A DNA stretch of 64,000 bases from Patescibacteria group bacterium (GTDB lineage: Bacteria; Patescibacteriota; Microgenomatia; UBA8517): contig JAHJHG010000009.1 of NCBI GenBank assembly GCA_018823885.1, positions 151,751 to 215,750 on the forward strand, given 5' to 3'. This document shows, piece after piece, positions 38,594-49,090 of the stretch. The translations under genes and the position numbers were made by a program. Below the pieces are notes generated by a model, which saw nothing but the letters and a program-made list of their open reading frames with translations, ran no database searches and was not told the DNA's origin. Each line of letters opens with the position of its first letter. The first letter of the stretch is position 1.

Positions 38594-39820
38594 ATGATAG
38601 ACATTAACTATATTAGAGAAAATCCGGAAAAGGTGAAAAAGGGGATAGAGGCAAAACAGCTTGATCCAAAACGAGTTGACGAAGTTTTGGAGTTAGACAA
38701 AAAAAGACGAGAGCTATTGAGCGAAATTGAAACCTTGCGCGCAGATAGAAATAGGGTTGCGAAAGAACAAGATAAAGAAAAAGGTAAAGAGATAAAAACA
38801 AAACTTCAAAAACTAGAACCAGAATTGGCGAAAATTGAAAAAGAATACAAAGAAAAACTATACCAAATCCCAAATCTACCGGCAGACGATGTGAAGACGG
38901 GCAAGGATGAAAGTGAAAACGAGGTTATTAGGGAATGGGGAGAAAAAAAGAAATCTTCTGCTAAGGATTATTTGGAATTAGGTGAGGATTTAGACATTAT
39001 CGATATTAAGCGTGCCGCAAAAGTTTCCGGGAGTCGTTTTGGTTACTTAAAGGGCGATGGCGCTCTTCTTGAGCTTGCTCTGGTTCAGCTCGCAATGGAG
39101 TTTTTGGTTAAAGAAGGATTTACCCCTGTCATTCCTCCCTCCTTTATTAAAAGGGAGTCAATGCGAGGAATGGGATATTTAGAACACGGCGGAGAAGAGG
39201 ATATGTACGTATTTGAGAAAGATGATCTAGTCTTAGTGGGCACATCAGAGCAATCAATTGGACCGATGCATATGGACGAGGTTTTAGAAGAAAAGAATTT
39301 GCCCAAGAGGTATGTTAGTTTCTCTCCATGTTTTAGGCGGGAAGCAGGCTCCTACGGTAAAGACACAAAAGGAATATTAAGGGTTCATCAGTTTGATAAA
39401 GTAGAGATGTTTTCTTTTACTAAGCCGGGGGACTCTGAAAAAGAGCATGAATATTTGCTTTCTTTAGAAGAAAAGTTTTTTCAAGCCCTAGAAATTCCTT
39501 ATCAGGTAGTGAAAATGTGTTCAGGTGATTTGGGAGCGCCAGCCGCAAAAAAATATGATTTAGAGGCTTGGATGCCGGGGCAGGGGAAATATGTAGAGGT
39601 AACTTCGACCTCCAATGCAACTGATTTTCAGGCCCGAAGGCTTAATATTAAATACCAAGATAAAGGTGAAACAAAATTTGTACACACATTAAACGGTACG
39701 GCATTTGCTATCGGTCGCACAATAATTGCGATAATAGAGAATTATCAACAAAAAGACGGGAGTATTCTAATTCCTGATGTTCTTCAAAAGTGGGTTGGAA
39801 AAGAAAAAATTACTAAATAA
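38594..39820 (+). CDS. serS: Serine--tRNA ligase
   Basis: GTSE, FRREAG, RVHQFDKVE, HTLNGT. Confidence 0.97.
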   Translation: MIDINYIRENPEKVKKGIEAKQLDPKRVDEVLELDKKRRELLSEIETLRADRNRVAKEQDKEKGKEIKTKLQKLEPELAKIEKEYKEKLYQIPNLPADDVKTGKDESENEVIREWGEKKKSSAKDYLELGEDLDIIDIKRAAKVSGSRFGYLKGDGALLELALVQLAMEFLVKEGFTPVIPPSFIKRESMRGMGYLEHGGEEDMYVFEKDDLVLVGTSEQSIGPMHMDEVLEEKNLPKRYVSFSPCFRREAGSYGKDTKGILRVHQFDKVEMFSFTKPGDSEKEHEYLLSLEEKFFQALEIPYQVVKMCSGDLGAPAAKKYDLEAWMPGQGKYVEVTSTSNATDFQARRLNIKYQDKGETKFVHTLNGTAFAIGRTIIAIIENYQQKDGSILIPDVLQKWVGKEKITK

Positions 39821-39833
39821 ACCAGAAAATTAA

Positions 39834-41075
39834 TTATTCTTTTTCTTCGTAGTATTTTTTATCTTTTAATCTCTCTGGCAACAAGCTTTCTTCTGGATAA
39901 AGCTCATAATCTTTACCGTAATCAAGATCCTCCATTAATTTGGTAACAGGGTTTCTAATTTTTAAAGGAACGGGAAGATTGCCATATTGTTTTACATCCC
40001 CCAAAGCTTTCATGTAGGCTTCGTATGCTGATCTGTTCTTTTTTGCTTGAGCTAGATAAACAGTTCCTGCTGCTAAATTCTCTTGACATTCAGGGTAGCC
40101 AATCATTTCACAAGCTCTAAATACGGAGTTGGCGACCACTAAAGCAGTTGGCGAGGAAACATCTTCGGAAGCAAACACAACCATTCTCCTTGCTATATAA
40201 AGAGGATCCTGTCCCGCTTCAACCATTCTGGCTAGATAATAAAGGGCGGCATCAACATCGCTTGCTCTCATTGATTTTATAAACGCTGAAATTACGTTGT
40301 AATATTCTTCACCTTTTTTATCAAAAGTAAATTGTCTTCTTTGAAGAGCTTCTTCCAGGTCTTTCAATGTGATTTTCTTTGACTTAGAAAGATTAGTGGC
40401 AATTTCCAGAACATTTAACATTACTCTTGCATCACCATTTGAAGATTCAATAAGAAAAGTTTTCATTTCCTTATCTAGTGTGATCGTAAGGAATTTAATG
40501 GCTTTGTTAAGGATTTTATTTAAAGCCTTTTTGTCTAATTGATTAAGCGTTAAGATTCGGGATCGGGAGAGCATTGGTCCGATTACTTCAAAGGAAGGGT
40601 TTTCGGTCGTTGCCCCGATTAGTATTATTATTCCCTTTTCAACATGAGGAAGAAGTTTGTCTTGCTGTGCTTTATTAAATCTATGAATTTCATCGATAAA
40701 GATAATTGGAGCGCCTTTTTCTTTTTTCTTTTTCGTTTTTTTAACCAGTCTCATTTGCCCTGGTGCACCCCTTAATTGGATGATTTTTGTGATTATTTCT
40801 TCGACATCTTTTATTGAAGTGTTAACAGCTGAAAATTCAAAAAACTCTCGGTTTAGTTTATTGGCAATAATTCTTGCTAAGGTTGTTTTCCCTGAGCCGG
40901 GTGGTCCCCAGAAAATTAATGATGGGAAAAAACCCGTTTGCTTGGCACCAGTAATGAGTTTTTTAATGACTCCTTCTTTTCCAGTTAGATGTTCTTGGCC
41001 AACAAAACCGGTCAATGCGGGCGGTCTTAGCTTTTCAGGTAGAGGGATTTGGTCCATGGACATATAATAATCCAA
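39834..41075 (-). CDS. rarA: Replication-associated recombination protein RarA/MgsA
   Basis: WGPPGSGKT, DEIHRFNKAQQD, GATTENP, ISAFIKSMR. Confidence 0.95.
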   Translation of the reverse strand: MDYYMSMDQIPLPEKLRPPALTGFVGQEHLTGKEGVIKKLITGAKQTGFFPSLIFWGPPGSGKTTLARIIANKLNREFFEFSAVNTSIKDVEEIITKIIQLRGAPGQMRLVKKTKKKKEKGAPIIFIDEIHRFNKAQQDKLLPHVEKGIIILIGATTENPSFEVIGPMLSRSRILTLNQLDKKALNKILNKAIKFLTITLDKEMKTFLIESSNGDARVMLNVLEIATNLSKSKKITLKDLEEALQRRQFTFDKKGEEYYNVISAFIKSMRASDVDAALYYLARMVEAGQDPLYIARRMVVFASEDVSSPTALVVANSVFRACEMIGYPECQENLAAGTVYLAQAKKNRSAYEAYMKALGDVKQYGNLPVPLKIRNPVTKLMEDLDYGKDYELYPEESLLPERLKDKKYYEEKE

Positions 41076-41125
41076 ACAAAAGACGAAGAAAAGGGGTTTC
41101 TTGGTTAGCGTATAATAGTTTAATC

Positions 41126-41800
41126 ATGGGAAAGCTAGAAAATTTTCTCTCAGGCTCGAAAATATTAGAAGAGGTCGTGTCTCCTATTAATGGTAGGCTT
41201 ACGGTTATTCGTGATTTGGCATGGGGTGTCCACATCAAAGCTGGAGGGTTAACTCAATCGGGTGGGGTTGCCGAAAAAGTTTGGTACGCTTCGCTAAAGG
41301 AAGTGGAGAAAGCAAAAACAAAAGTTAATAAATGTCTCATCCTCGGGTTAGGGGGAGGCGGAGCGGTAAGAGTTGTTAGAAAATATTGGCCCAAGACGGC
41401 AATAACTGGTGTAGAAATTGATCCGATTATGATTGATCTCGGGGGAAAGTATATGGGACTAAAAGAGGGCGAAGTAGAGGTTGTAATAGAGGATGCGATG
41501 AAATATGTAAAAAGGCAGACAAAAAAGAAGGAAAGGTACGATTTAATTTTGGTGGATTTATATATTGGAGACACTATTCCGGAAAAGTTTGCATCACCTG
41601 CTTTTTATACTTTGATAAGAAAACTTTTAAGGAGAGGCGGAGCGGTAGTAATTAATAGGTTATATTATAGCGAAAAGAGAAAATTGGCCGACATAACTCA
41701 CCAAGAACTGAAAGAGATTTTTTCAGAAGTTGTGGCTGTTTACCCCGAGGCCAATATAATGTTTGTGTGCTCAGACTCTGATAAGATGAAGGTATGTTAA
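41126..41800 (+). CDS. SAM-dependent methyltransferase (spermidine synthase-like)
   Basis: LILGLGGG, VEIDP, YDLILVD; ATG 41126 follows TATAAT. Confidence 0.85.
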   Translation: MGKLENFLSGSKILEEVVSPINGRLTVIRDLAWGVHIKAGGLTQSGGVAEKVWYASLKEVEKAKTKVNKCLILGLGGGGAVRVVRKYWPKTAITGVEIDPIMIDLGGKYMGLKEGEVEVVIEDAMKYVKRQTKKKERYDLILVDLYIGDTIPEKFASPAFYTLIRKLLRRGGAVVINRLYYSEKRKLADITHQELKEIFSEVVAVYPEANIMFVCSDSDKMKVC

Positions 41801-44514
41801 ATATATTTTCTAAACTATTAGATTTAAATCAAAGGGAGCTTGACAGGCTCTCCAAAATTGTTGGCAAAATTAATTCTTTAGAGCCAGAAATAAAAAAGCT
41901 TAAAGACGGCGATTTTATCAAAAAGACCGAAGAGTATAAAAAGCGACTTAAAGAGGGAGAAGTAATTGAAAATATATTACCGGAGGCTTTTGCTCTTGCA
42001 AGGGAGGCTTCATGGAGAGCGATTGGTTTAAAGCCGTATGATGTTCAACTTCAAGCTGCGATTGCTCTTTTTGAAGGTAAGGTTGTTGAACAAAAAACAG
42101 GGGAGGGAAAAACCCTGTCTGCTGTTCCCGCACTATATTTAAGGGCTCTTGTCGGGAAAGGAGTCCATCTTGTTACTGTTAACGATTACTTGGCTCGCCG
42201 AGATGCAGGTTGGAATGCGCCCGCTTTTGAGATGTTGGGGCTCTCAGTTGGAGTAATCGTTCAAGAAATGAAATCTTTTGTCTACGATACTAAACATGAA
42301 GACAAAAGTCATGGGGATGAGCGTCTTGCCCATTTAAAACCTGCCCAAAGGAAGGAAGCATATGAAGCTGATGTTACTTATGGGACGAATAACGAATTTG
42401 GATTTGATTATCTTCGAGACAATATGGTTCAAAGCCTCGAGCAAATGTCTCAGAGAAGTCACTATTTTGCCATTGTTGATGAGGTGGACTCTGTTTTAGT
42501 TGACGAAGCAAGAACTCCTTTGATTATTTCGGCCCCCGACGCAGAGCCAACCGATAAATATTACAAATTTGCGGGACTTGTTGAACAGCTTAATCCCGAT
42601 ACAGATTATTCAATGGACGAAAAAGCCAAAAGCGCAACTTTAACAGAGCATGGTATTACCAGGGTGGAAAAGATATTAAAAACACCCAATTTATACGAAA
42701 AAGACTTTGAATCGATACACCATATCGAAAATGCCCTTCGCGCCAAAACATTATTTTTGAGAGATAGAGAATATGTTGTTAAAGACAACAAAGTAACCAT
42801 TGTTGATGAATTCACGGGAAGATTGATGGTTGGCCGCCGTTGGAGTGATGGACTTCATCAAGCGGTTGAAGCAAAAGAGGGAGTTGTTATTCAACAAGAA
42901 AGTAAAACCTTGGCAACAATTTCTTTTCAGAATTATTTCAGGATGTATGACCATCTTTCCGGTATGACAGGGACAGCCGCAACCGAAGCAGAGGAGTTCA
43001 AGAAAATTTATGACCTTGATGTTATTGTTGTTCCCACAAATGACCCAATGGTCAGAAAGGATCGTTCTGATGTAATTTATAAATCTCTACGAGGGAAATA
43101 TGGAGCCATAGTAAAAGAGATTGAAGAGAAACACAAAAAGGGACAACCTATTTTAGTAGGTACCACCTCTATTGATAAAAATGAAATAGTTGATACATAT
43201 CTTAAGCGCAAGAAAATTCCCCATAACGTTCTTAATGCTAAGAACCACGAAAAAGAGGCATCGATCATTTCTCAGGCGGGAAAACCAGGTGCCGTTACTG
43301 TTGCGACAAATATGGCCGGTCGAGGTGTTGATATTGTTTTAGGAGGAACTCCTCCAGAGATACCTTCCGGTATGAGTAAAGAGAAATACAAGGAAACTAA
43401 AGGATACAAAGAGTGGCAGAATGCTCATGATGAAGTGATTAAGGCAGGTGGGCTTCATGTAATAGGAACTGAAAGGCATGAATCGAGAAGAATAGACAAT
43501 CAGTTGAGAGGTCGTTCTGGTCGACAAGGAGATGCAGGATCTTCTCTTTTCTATCTTTCATTAGAAGATGATTTGATGAGAATTTTCGGAGGAGAGCAAA
43601 TAGGGGGAATAATGGAAAAATTGAAGTTGCCTGAAGACCAGCCAATTGAAAATAAAATGGTTTCAAGAGCAATTGAACAATCGCAGGTTAAAGTTGAAGG
43701 ATTCAACTTTGACATGAGGAAGAGATTGGTCGAATATGATGATGTCGCTAACCAACAAAGAGAAATAGTTTATGGTTTGAGAAGAAGGATATTGGAGTCG
43801 AAAGATCTAAAGAAGGAGGTTCTTGAAAAGTTAGAACACAGGATTGACAGGATCCTATTATTGGCCTTTCCCGAAGACGGAGGGAAACCAAATCACGAAA
43901 GAATTATTGTTAGCCTTCTTGAGATAATTCCTTTTGATGATGTTTCCAAAGAAGCGGTTAAAAAACAACTTGCTAAATCAGATGACAAAGACAAAATTAG
44001 AACGCTATTAATAAAGGTACTAAATGATGTTCACAAAACGCGGGAGAAACAAGTGGGCGAAACAGTAATGAGACAGATTGAAAAGTATGCCTATTTGGGA
44101 TCGATTGATCACCTTTGGATCAATCATATTGACCACATTGATGGATTAAGAGAAGCGGTTACCTTAAGAGCTTATGGACAAAGAGATCCCTTGGTTGAAT
44201 TCAAGCAAGAGGCGTTTGATCTTTTTGAGGGATTGATAGATAAGATTGACGAAGAACTTTCAAGAAGAATATTTAGGGTAGGGGTGGCGGTTCCTCAACC
44301 GGAAATTCCTTTAGATCAAGCCAGGACAAATATAGATAAAACTGACGCCATGGGCTTAGCTCAGAAAGGTACTGATGAAACAGCTCAAAGTGGAAGTAAA
44401 GCCTTTTCTGGCAGTAAGGCTACAACAAAGAAAAAGGTAGGTAGAAACGACCCCTGCTGGTGTGGGAGCGGCAAAAAATGGAAGAAGTGTCACTATCCTC
44501 AGCAAGGGGAATAG
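41794..44514 (+). CDS. secA: Preprotein translocase ATPase SecA
   Basis: TGEGKT, DEVDS, TNMAGRG, QLRGRSGRQG; SEC-C motif GRNDPCWCGSGKK. Confidence 0.98.
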   Translation: MLNIFSKLLDLNQRELDRLSKIVGKINSLEPEIKKLKDGDFIKKTEEYKKRLKEGEVIENILPEAFALAREASWRAIGLKPYDVQLQAAIALFEGKVVEQKTGEGKTLSAVPALYLRALVGKGVHLVTVNDYLARRDAGWNAPAFEMLGLSVGVIVQEMKSFVYDTKHEDKSHGDERLAHLKPAQRKEAYEADVTYGTNNEFGFDYLRDNMVQSLEQMSQRSHYFAIVDEVDSVLVDEARTPLIISAPDAEPTDKYYKFAGLVEQLNPDTDYSMDEKAKSATLTEHGITRVEKILKTPNLYEKDFESIHHIENALRAKTLFLRDREYVVKDNKVTIVDEFTGRLMVGRRWSDGLHQAVEAKEGVVIQQESKTLATISFQNYFRMYDHLSGMTGTAATEAEEFKKIYDLDVIVVPTNDPMVRKDRSDVIYKSLRGKYGAIVKEIEEKHKKGQPILVGTTSIDKNEIVDTYLKRKKIPHNVLNAKNHEKEASIISQAGKPGAVTVATNMAGRGVDIVLGGTPPEIPSGMSKEKYKETKGYKEWQNAHDEVIKAGGLHVIGTERHESRRIDNQLRGRSGRQGDAGSSLFYLSLEDDLMRIFGGEQIGGIMEKLKLPEDQPIENKMVSRAIEQSQVKVEGFNFDMRKRLVEYDDVANQQREIVYGLRRRILESKDLKKEVLEKLEHRIDRILLLAFPEDGGKPNHERIIVSLLEIIPFDDVSKEAVKKQLAKSDDKDKIRTLLIKVLNDVHKTREKQVGETVMRQIEKYAYLGSIDHLWINHIDHIDGLREAVTLRAYGQRDPLVEFKQEAFDLFEGLIDKIDEELSRRIFRVGVAVPQPEIPLDQARTNIDKTDAMGLAQKGTDETAQSGSKAFSGSKATTKKKVGRNDPCWCGSGKKWKKCHYPQQGE

Positions 44515-44574
44515 ACACCAGAGATATCAAATTGCCTCTTGTGGCCGATTTGTTAATATGTAAAAATCGCACTT

Positions 44575-45114
44575 GTGGAAGAAGAAAATCAGGATAATGT
44601 TACCCAAAATAAAATAATGATTGGTTTGGGGGTCGTAGCTTTTGGGGTTTTTGCCTTAGTTTTCTTTGGAAATTTCGGTACGCCCAAGAAACTGGACGTA
44701 GAAGTAGAGGGAACTAAGACAGAAAAAGAAAGCTTGCAATTTGAGATTGAAGGGGAGGATGAAGAAATGACAGCAGAAGAATTACAAATAGAAGATATTG
44801 TTGTCGGCAAAGGAGAAGAAACAGCTTCTGGCGCCAAAATAACAGTTAACTACTCAGGGACATTAACTGATGGAACTAAGTTTGACAGTTCCTATGATCG
44901 AGGTGAACCTTTTACTTTCCTTTTTGGTGTTGGCCAAGTTATCCCTGGTTGGGATAAAGGATTGGTTGGAATGAAAGTTGGCGGAAAAAGAATATTAACA
45001 ATTCCTTCTGAAATGGCTTACGGAGAAGCAGGGGCAGGCGATGTTATTCCTCCTAACGCAACTTTAATTTTTGAAGTAGAACTTCTAGATGTGGAACTTC
45101 CAGAGACAGAATAG
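44575..45114 (+). CDS. FKBP-type peptidyl-prolyl isomerase, membrane-anchored
   Basis: FDSSYDRG, VIPGWD.G, IPPNATLIFEVELL. Confidence 0.95.
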   Translation: MEEENQDNVTQNKIMIGLGVVAFGVFALVFFGNFGTPKKLDVEVEGTKTEKESLQFEIEGEDEEMTAEELQIEDIVVGKGEETASGAKITVNYSGTLTDGTKFDSSYDRGEPFTFLFGVGQVIPGWDKGLVGMKVGGKRILTIPSEMAYGEAGAGDVIPPNATLIFEVELLDVELPETE

Positions 45115-45157
45115 CAAGAACATGCTCCAGTAGATAGAAAATGATATTATTGAGGTA

Positions 45158-45622
45158 ATGAACCTGCCTTCAGTTTTTAAACAAACGATAAATTTTAACC
45201 TTGGAAATATTTCGTTTTCCCCTTCATATATTCAAGCAGGTGGGATTATCTTCTTGCTTTTTCTTTTAGTATTAACTCTTGCCAGAGTCAGAAGGTTGTA
45301 TGTTAATTGGAATCTAAGTAGTGCAGGGTCAATGTTGTTCATAGGCTTTGTTTTAGCTTTGATATTGGAAGGATTTCTAATATTAGGTGGGAGAACGATG
45401 TTGACAGAAATACTAGGGTGGGAAAATGCCCCTAAGCCACTTCAGAATGCCTTGGTTGCAGGAAGGGAAAGAATGGCTGAAGTTTTGGGTATAACGGAGG
45501 AAATTCCTGATACTTATGCAGAGGGCACTCTTGATTTGTATGATGTTGTGACTGAATTTCAAAGCTTAAATTCCGAAGACGCGGAAGAATTTCGCTCCAT
45601 GATTTGTACTCCCGAAGAATAA
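45158..45622 (+). CDS. Hypothetical membrane protein
   Basis: 154 aa, two TM segments. Confidence 0.8.
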   Translation: MNLPSVFKQTINFNLGNISFSPSYIQAGGIIFLLFLLVLTLARVRRLYVNWNLSSAGSMLFIGFVLALILEGFLILGGRTMLTEILGWENAPKPLQNALVAGRERMAEVLGITEEIPDTYAEGTLDLYDVVTEFQSLNSEDAEEFRSMICTPEE

Positions 45623-45662
45623 GGCTACGGATCGCTCCTCTTTTGATATACTTAAGCTTGTT

Positions 45663-46757
45663 ATGCAAGATCTAAAACAAAATATTAAGAGAATATCCTC
45701 TGATTTTAATAAAATTAAGGCATCGCTTAATTTAAAAGAAAAAGAGGAAAAATTATCAAAACTAGAAGCTGAATCAACAGATACTAATCTTTGGGATAAT
45801 CAAGAAAAGGCGAGGAAATTGATGCAGGAGATTGGAGATATTTCGCATGAAGTTAAAAAGATTAAAGATTTACAAAGCGAAATTGCAACCTTGAACGAGT
45901 TTGCTAAAGAAGGAGAATTGTCATCGGATCTTAAAAGTGACGTTGAAAAATTAGAAAAGCAAGTTGAAGAACTAAAGCTCTCCTCATTTCTTTCAGGAGG
46001 TTATGATGGAAAGAACGCCATTGTATCTATTCATGCCGGCCAAGGAGGAACGGAAGCAATGGATTGGACAAGTATGCTCTATAGAATGTATACGAAGTAT
46101 TGCGAGAAAAGGGGATGGAAGATGCAAGTTATAGATTTATCTTCGGGTGAAGAAGCAGGAATAAAAAGTGTCGTTTTTAAAGTTGCCGGACTTCATGCTT
46201 ATGGATATCTAAAGGGCGAAGCGGGGACACATAGATTGGTGAGGCAATCCCCTTTTAATGCTGACAAACTTCGTCAAACATCCTTTTCCTTGGTAGAGGT
46301 CCTTCCAGAAATAGATGAAGTGGATATGCCGGAATTAGAAATGAAAGATGATGACCTTGAGTGGCAGTTTTTTAGGGCCTCTACACAAGGAGGCCAGAAT
46401 GTCCAGAAAGTATCGACGGCTGTGAGAGTAAAACATAAACCGACAAATACAGTTGTGACTGCACAACGGGAGCGATCCCAAATACAAAATAGGCAGATAG
46501 CCCTTGATTTGCTTCGCGCAAAGCTTTGGGTATTGGAGCAAGCAAAAAAGGATGCCGAGGAAAAAGGATTAAAGGGTGAATATAAGCCGGCCTCCTGGGG
46601 AACACAAATCCGTTCATATGTCCTGCATCCATATAAAATGGTTAAGGATTTGAGAACCAAGGTAGAGACAGCTGATCCGGAATCAGTACTTGATGGGGGT
46701 CTAGATGAATTTATTGAAGCAGAGCTAAAATTATCAGAAAGGGCTATTGATACTTGA
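45663..46757 (+). CDS. prfB: Peptide chain release factor 2
   Basis: SPF recognition tripeptide, GGQ, QIRSYV; single uninterrupted ORF. Confidence 0.96.
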   Translation: MQDLKQNIKRISSDFNKIKASLNLKEKEEKLSKLEAESTDTNLWDNQEKARKLMQEIGDISHEVKKIKDLQSEIATLNEFAKEGELSSDLKSDVEKLEKQVEELKLSSFLSGGYDGKNAIVSIHAGQGGTEAMDWTSMLYRMYTKYCEKRGWKMQVIDLSSGEEAGIKSVVFKVAGLHAYGYLKGEAGTHRLVRQSPFNADKLRQTSFSLVEVLPEIDEVDMPELEMKDDDLEWQFFRASTQGGQNVQKVSTAVRVKHKPTNTVVTAQRERSQIQNRQIALDLLRAKLWVLEQAKKDAEEKGLKGEYKPASWGTQIRSYVLHPYKMVKDLRTKVETADPESVLDGGLDEFIEAELKLSERAIDT

Positions 46758-46790
46758 TAGTTTTTCCCTGGCAATGATATATTGAGAAAT

Positions 46791-47309
46791 ATGGATCCTC
46801 AAACAAAAGAAACTCAAAGCCAACCGGTAAGCTCAACCACTAGCCAACCAACTCAACCCACAGCAGGGCAGGCTGTGGCAAAGACTCCAGTACTTAAAAA
46901 ATTTCCTAAAAAGATATCAAAAAGAACTGCCTTTTATGCTTTAGCATCACTATTAGTAGTACTGCTTGGAGTGGGAACCGGTTGGGCTTTATCAGGTACG
47001 AAAAACACGGGTGAACCTACCTCAGCAGGAGCGCCAGGTGCTGAAACAGGGGCCAAAGAGGCAGGGATTGCTGATGAAGCTACTTTTAGAGACTCGGCGG
47101 AAGGATCTTTGGTAAAAGGAGGGATAGATGGAGAAGGTACACACCACCTTGAACGTGAGGGGGGTCCCACAAAGTATGTATATCTAACCTCAACCGTAAT
47201 TGACCTAGAAGCATTTGTTGGGAAAACCGTTACGGTATGGGGTGAAACTATTTCAGCCCAAACAGCTGGCTGGTTAATGGATGTGGGTAAAATTAAGGTT
47301 TCAGAATAG
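46791..47309 (+). CDS. Hypothetical single-TM protein
   Basis: TM segment plus small beta-rich C-terminal domain. Confidence 0.8.
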   Translation: MDPQTKETQSQPVSSTTSQPTQPTAGQAVAKTPVLKKFPKKISKRTAFYALASLLVVLLGVGTGWALSGTKNTGEPTSAGAPGAETGAKEAGIADEATFRDSAEGSLVKGGIDGEGTHHLEREGGPTKYVYLTSTVIDLEAFVGKTVTVWGETISAQTAGWLMDVGKIKVSE

Positions 47310-47398
47310 GTCCCCAGATTTTTCATATTTAAGAAACTGATTAAGAACTAGCGATATTTCGTTTAATTTGTTAATCTAAAGATTGAACTTAAACTGTC

Positions 47399-48166
47399 AT
47401 GATTAGCTTAAAAGATGTCACAAAAACTTTTGGAAAAATAAAAGCCATCGAAGATGCTACTTTCTCGGTCGATAAAGGAGAGTTTGTATTCTTGACGGGA
47501 CCATCTGGTGCCGGCAAGACAACCATCTTGAAGTTGATTTTAAGAGATTATCTTCCGGATAAGGGGAAGATCTTTTTTGAAGGTAAAGATATAGTGCGAT
47601 TGCCAGATAAATATATTCCTTCTCTTAGGCAGCAAATTGGCGTGGTTTTTCAAGACTTTAAAGTTTTGCCGGAAAGAACAGTTCGCGAAAATGTTGAAGT
47701 TGCTTTAGCAGTTAAAGGAACGCCGCTTTCAGAATGGAAGAAGCGCGTGGGTGATGTTTTGAATTTAGTAGGTTTAATTGAAAGATCTAGTCTTTTTCCT
47801 TCACAGCTTTCAGGAGGAGAGCTTCAAAGAGTTTCTCTTGCCCGAGCCTTAGTGATTAATCCTAAGATGATTTTAGCGGATGAGCCTACAGGAAATTTAG
47901 ATTGGGATACGGCAGATGAATTAATGGATTTATTTGAAAAGATTAGCAAAGAAGGGAAAACTGTCATAATGGCTACACATCATAGGGGAATTGTTGATAA
48001 ACTAAAGAAGCGGGAAATAAAGATAGATAATGGCAAGATTACCGGAGACAGCGAATCTCCTAAGAGAAAAGCGAAAGCTAAAGAAAAACCAGTAGAAAAA
48101 AAGGCTGAAGAAGAGAAAACGAAAGTAAAAGCAGAAGTTGAGGAGGTTAAAGAAAAGAAGGAATAA
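47399..48166 (+). CDS. ftsE: Cell division ATP-binding protein FtsE
   Basis: GPSGAGKT, VFQDF, LSGGE, ADEPTGNLD; followed by ftsX. Confidence 0.93.
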   Translation: MISLKDVTKTFGKIKAIEDATFSVDKGEFVFLTGPSGAGKTTILKLILRDYLPDKGKIFFEGKDIVRLPDKYIPSLRQQIGVVFQDFKVLPERTVRENVEVALAVKGTPLSEWKKRVGDVLNLVGLIERSSLFPSQLSGGELQRVSLARALVINPKMILADEPTGNLDWDTADELMDLFEKISKEGKTVIMATHHRGIVDKLKKREIKIDNGKITGDSESPKRKAKAKEKPVEKKAEEEKTKVKAEVEEVKEKKE

Positions 48167-48172
48167 AATCTG

Positions 48173-49090
48173 ATGGCAAACATTCATTTTAGAACTGCTT
48201 TGGACTACGCAAGAAGGTCTCCATTTCAGGCCTTAGCAGCAATTTTCGTATTGGCGCTGACATTTTTTGTTGGCACTCTTTTAGCGGTATTGGTTTATTC
48301 ATCGGGCAAGGCCCTCTCTCATTTCGAGACAAGACCACAAATTATCGCATTTTTAAAGGATGACGTAACCGCAGAAGAGATTTCTTCTTTTCAAAATACA
48401 CTTAATAAAGATTCACGCGTAAAAGATGTTGCCTATGTTTCAAAAGAAGAAGCTTTGGAGATTTATAAAGATGCAACCGCCGACAACCCGCTTTTATCGG
48501 AGTTGGTAAGCCCGTCGATATTTCCTGCAAGCTTAGAATTTTCGTTGACCGACCTTAATTTTGCCGAAGAAGTTATAAACGAGGTAAAGAAAATAAGTCT
48601 CGTAGATCAAGTAGGTTTTACGGCAAGCTTAGGAGGAGAATCAACTTTGGGTGACGTTGTGACAAGGTTAAGGACAATTACTTGGTATGTCAGAATTGGC
48701 GGGGCGGTTTTTGTAGGACTTCTTGTTGGAACATCTTTATTGGTTCTTTTAGTCATTATCACTATGAGAATAACAACAAGAAGAGGAGAGATGGAAATTC
48801 TAAGTTTAATTGGGGCCACTAAAAAGTTTATTAGAAGTCCAATAATTATGGAGGCTTTAATTTATGCTTTTGTCGGTGTTTTCCTTGGCTGGATTTTTGC
48901 TTTGATATTAGTTCTCTACGCAACACCAGGCATTGTTTCATATTTTGGAGAAATTCCTGTTTTGCCAAGAGACACTGTACAATTATTCATTCTAATGGGT
49001 ATTATATTGGCGGTTGAGATTGTAGTAGGTGTATCGCTGGCATTATTCGGAAGCACCCTTGCAATCTCAAGAGTGCGCCGACGCAAATGA
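48173..49090 (+). CDS. ftsX: Cell division permease FtsX
   Basis: 4-TM layout, YVSKEEAL, RRGEMEILSLIGAT. Confidence 0.92.
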   Translation: MANIHFRTALDYARRSPFQALAAIFVLALTFFVGTLLAVLVYSSGKALSHFETRPQIIAFLKDDVTAEEISSFQNTLNKDSRVKDVAYVSKEEALEIYKDATADNPLLSELVSPSIFPASLEFSLTDLNFAEEVINEVKKISLVDQVGFTASLGGESTLGDVVTRLRTITWYVRIGGAVFVGLLVGTSLLVLLVIITMRITTRRGEMEILSLIGATKKFIRSPIIMEALIYAFVGVFLGWIFALILVLYATPGIVSYFGEIPVLPRDTVQLFILMGIILAVEIVVGVSLALFGSTLAISRVRRRK

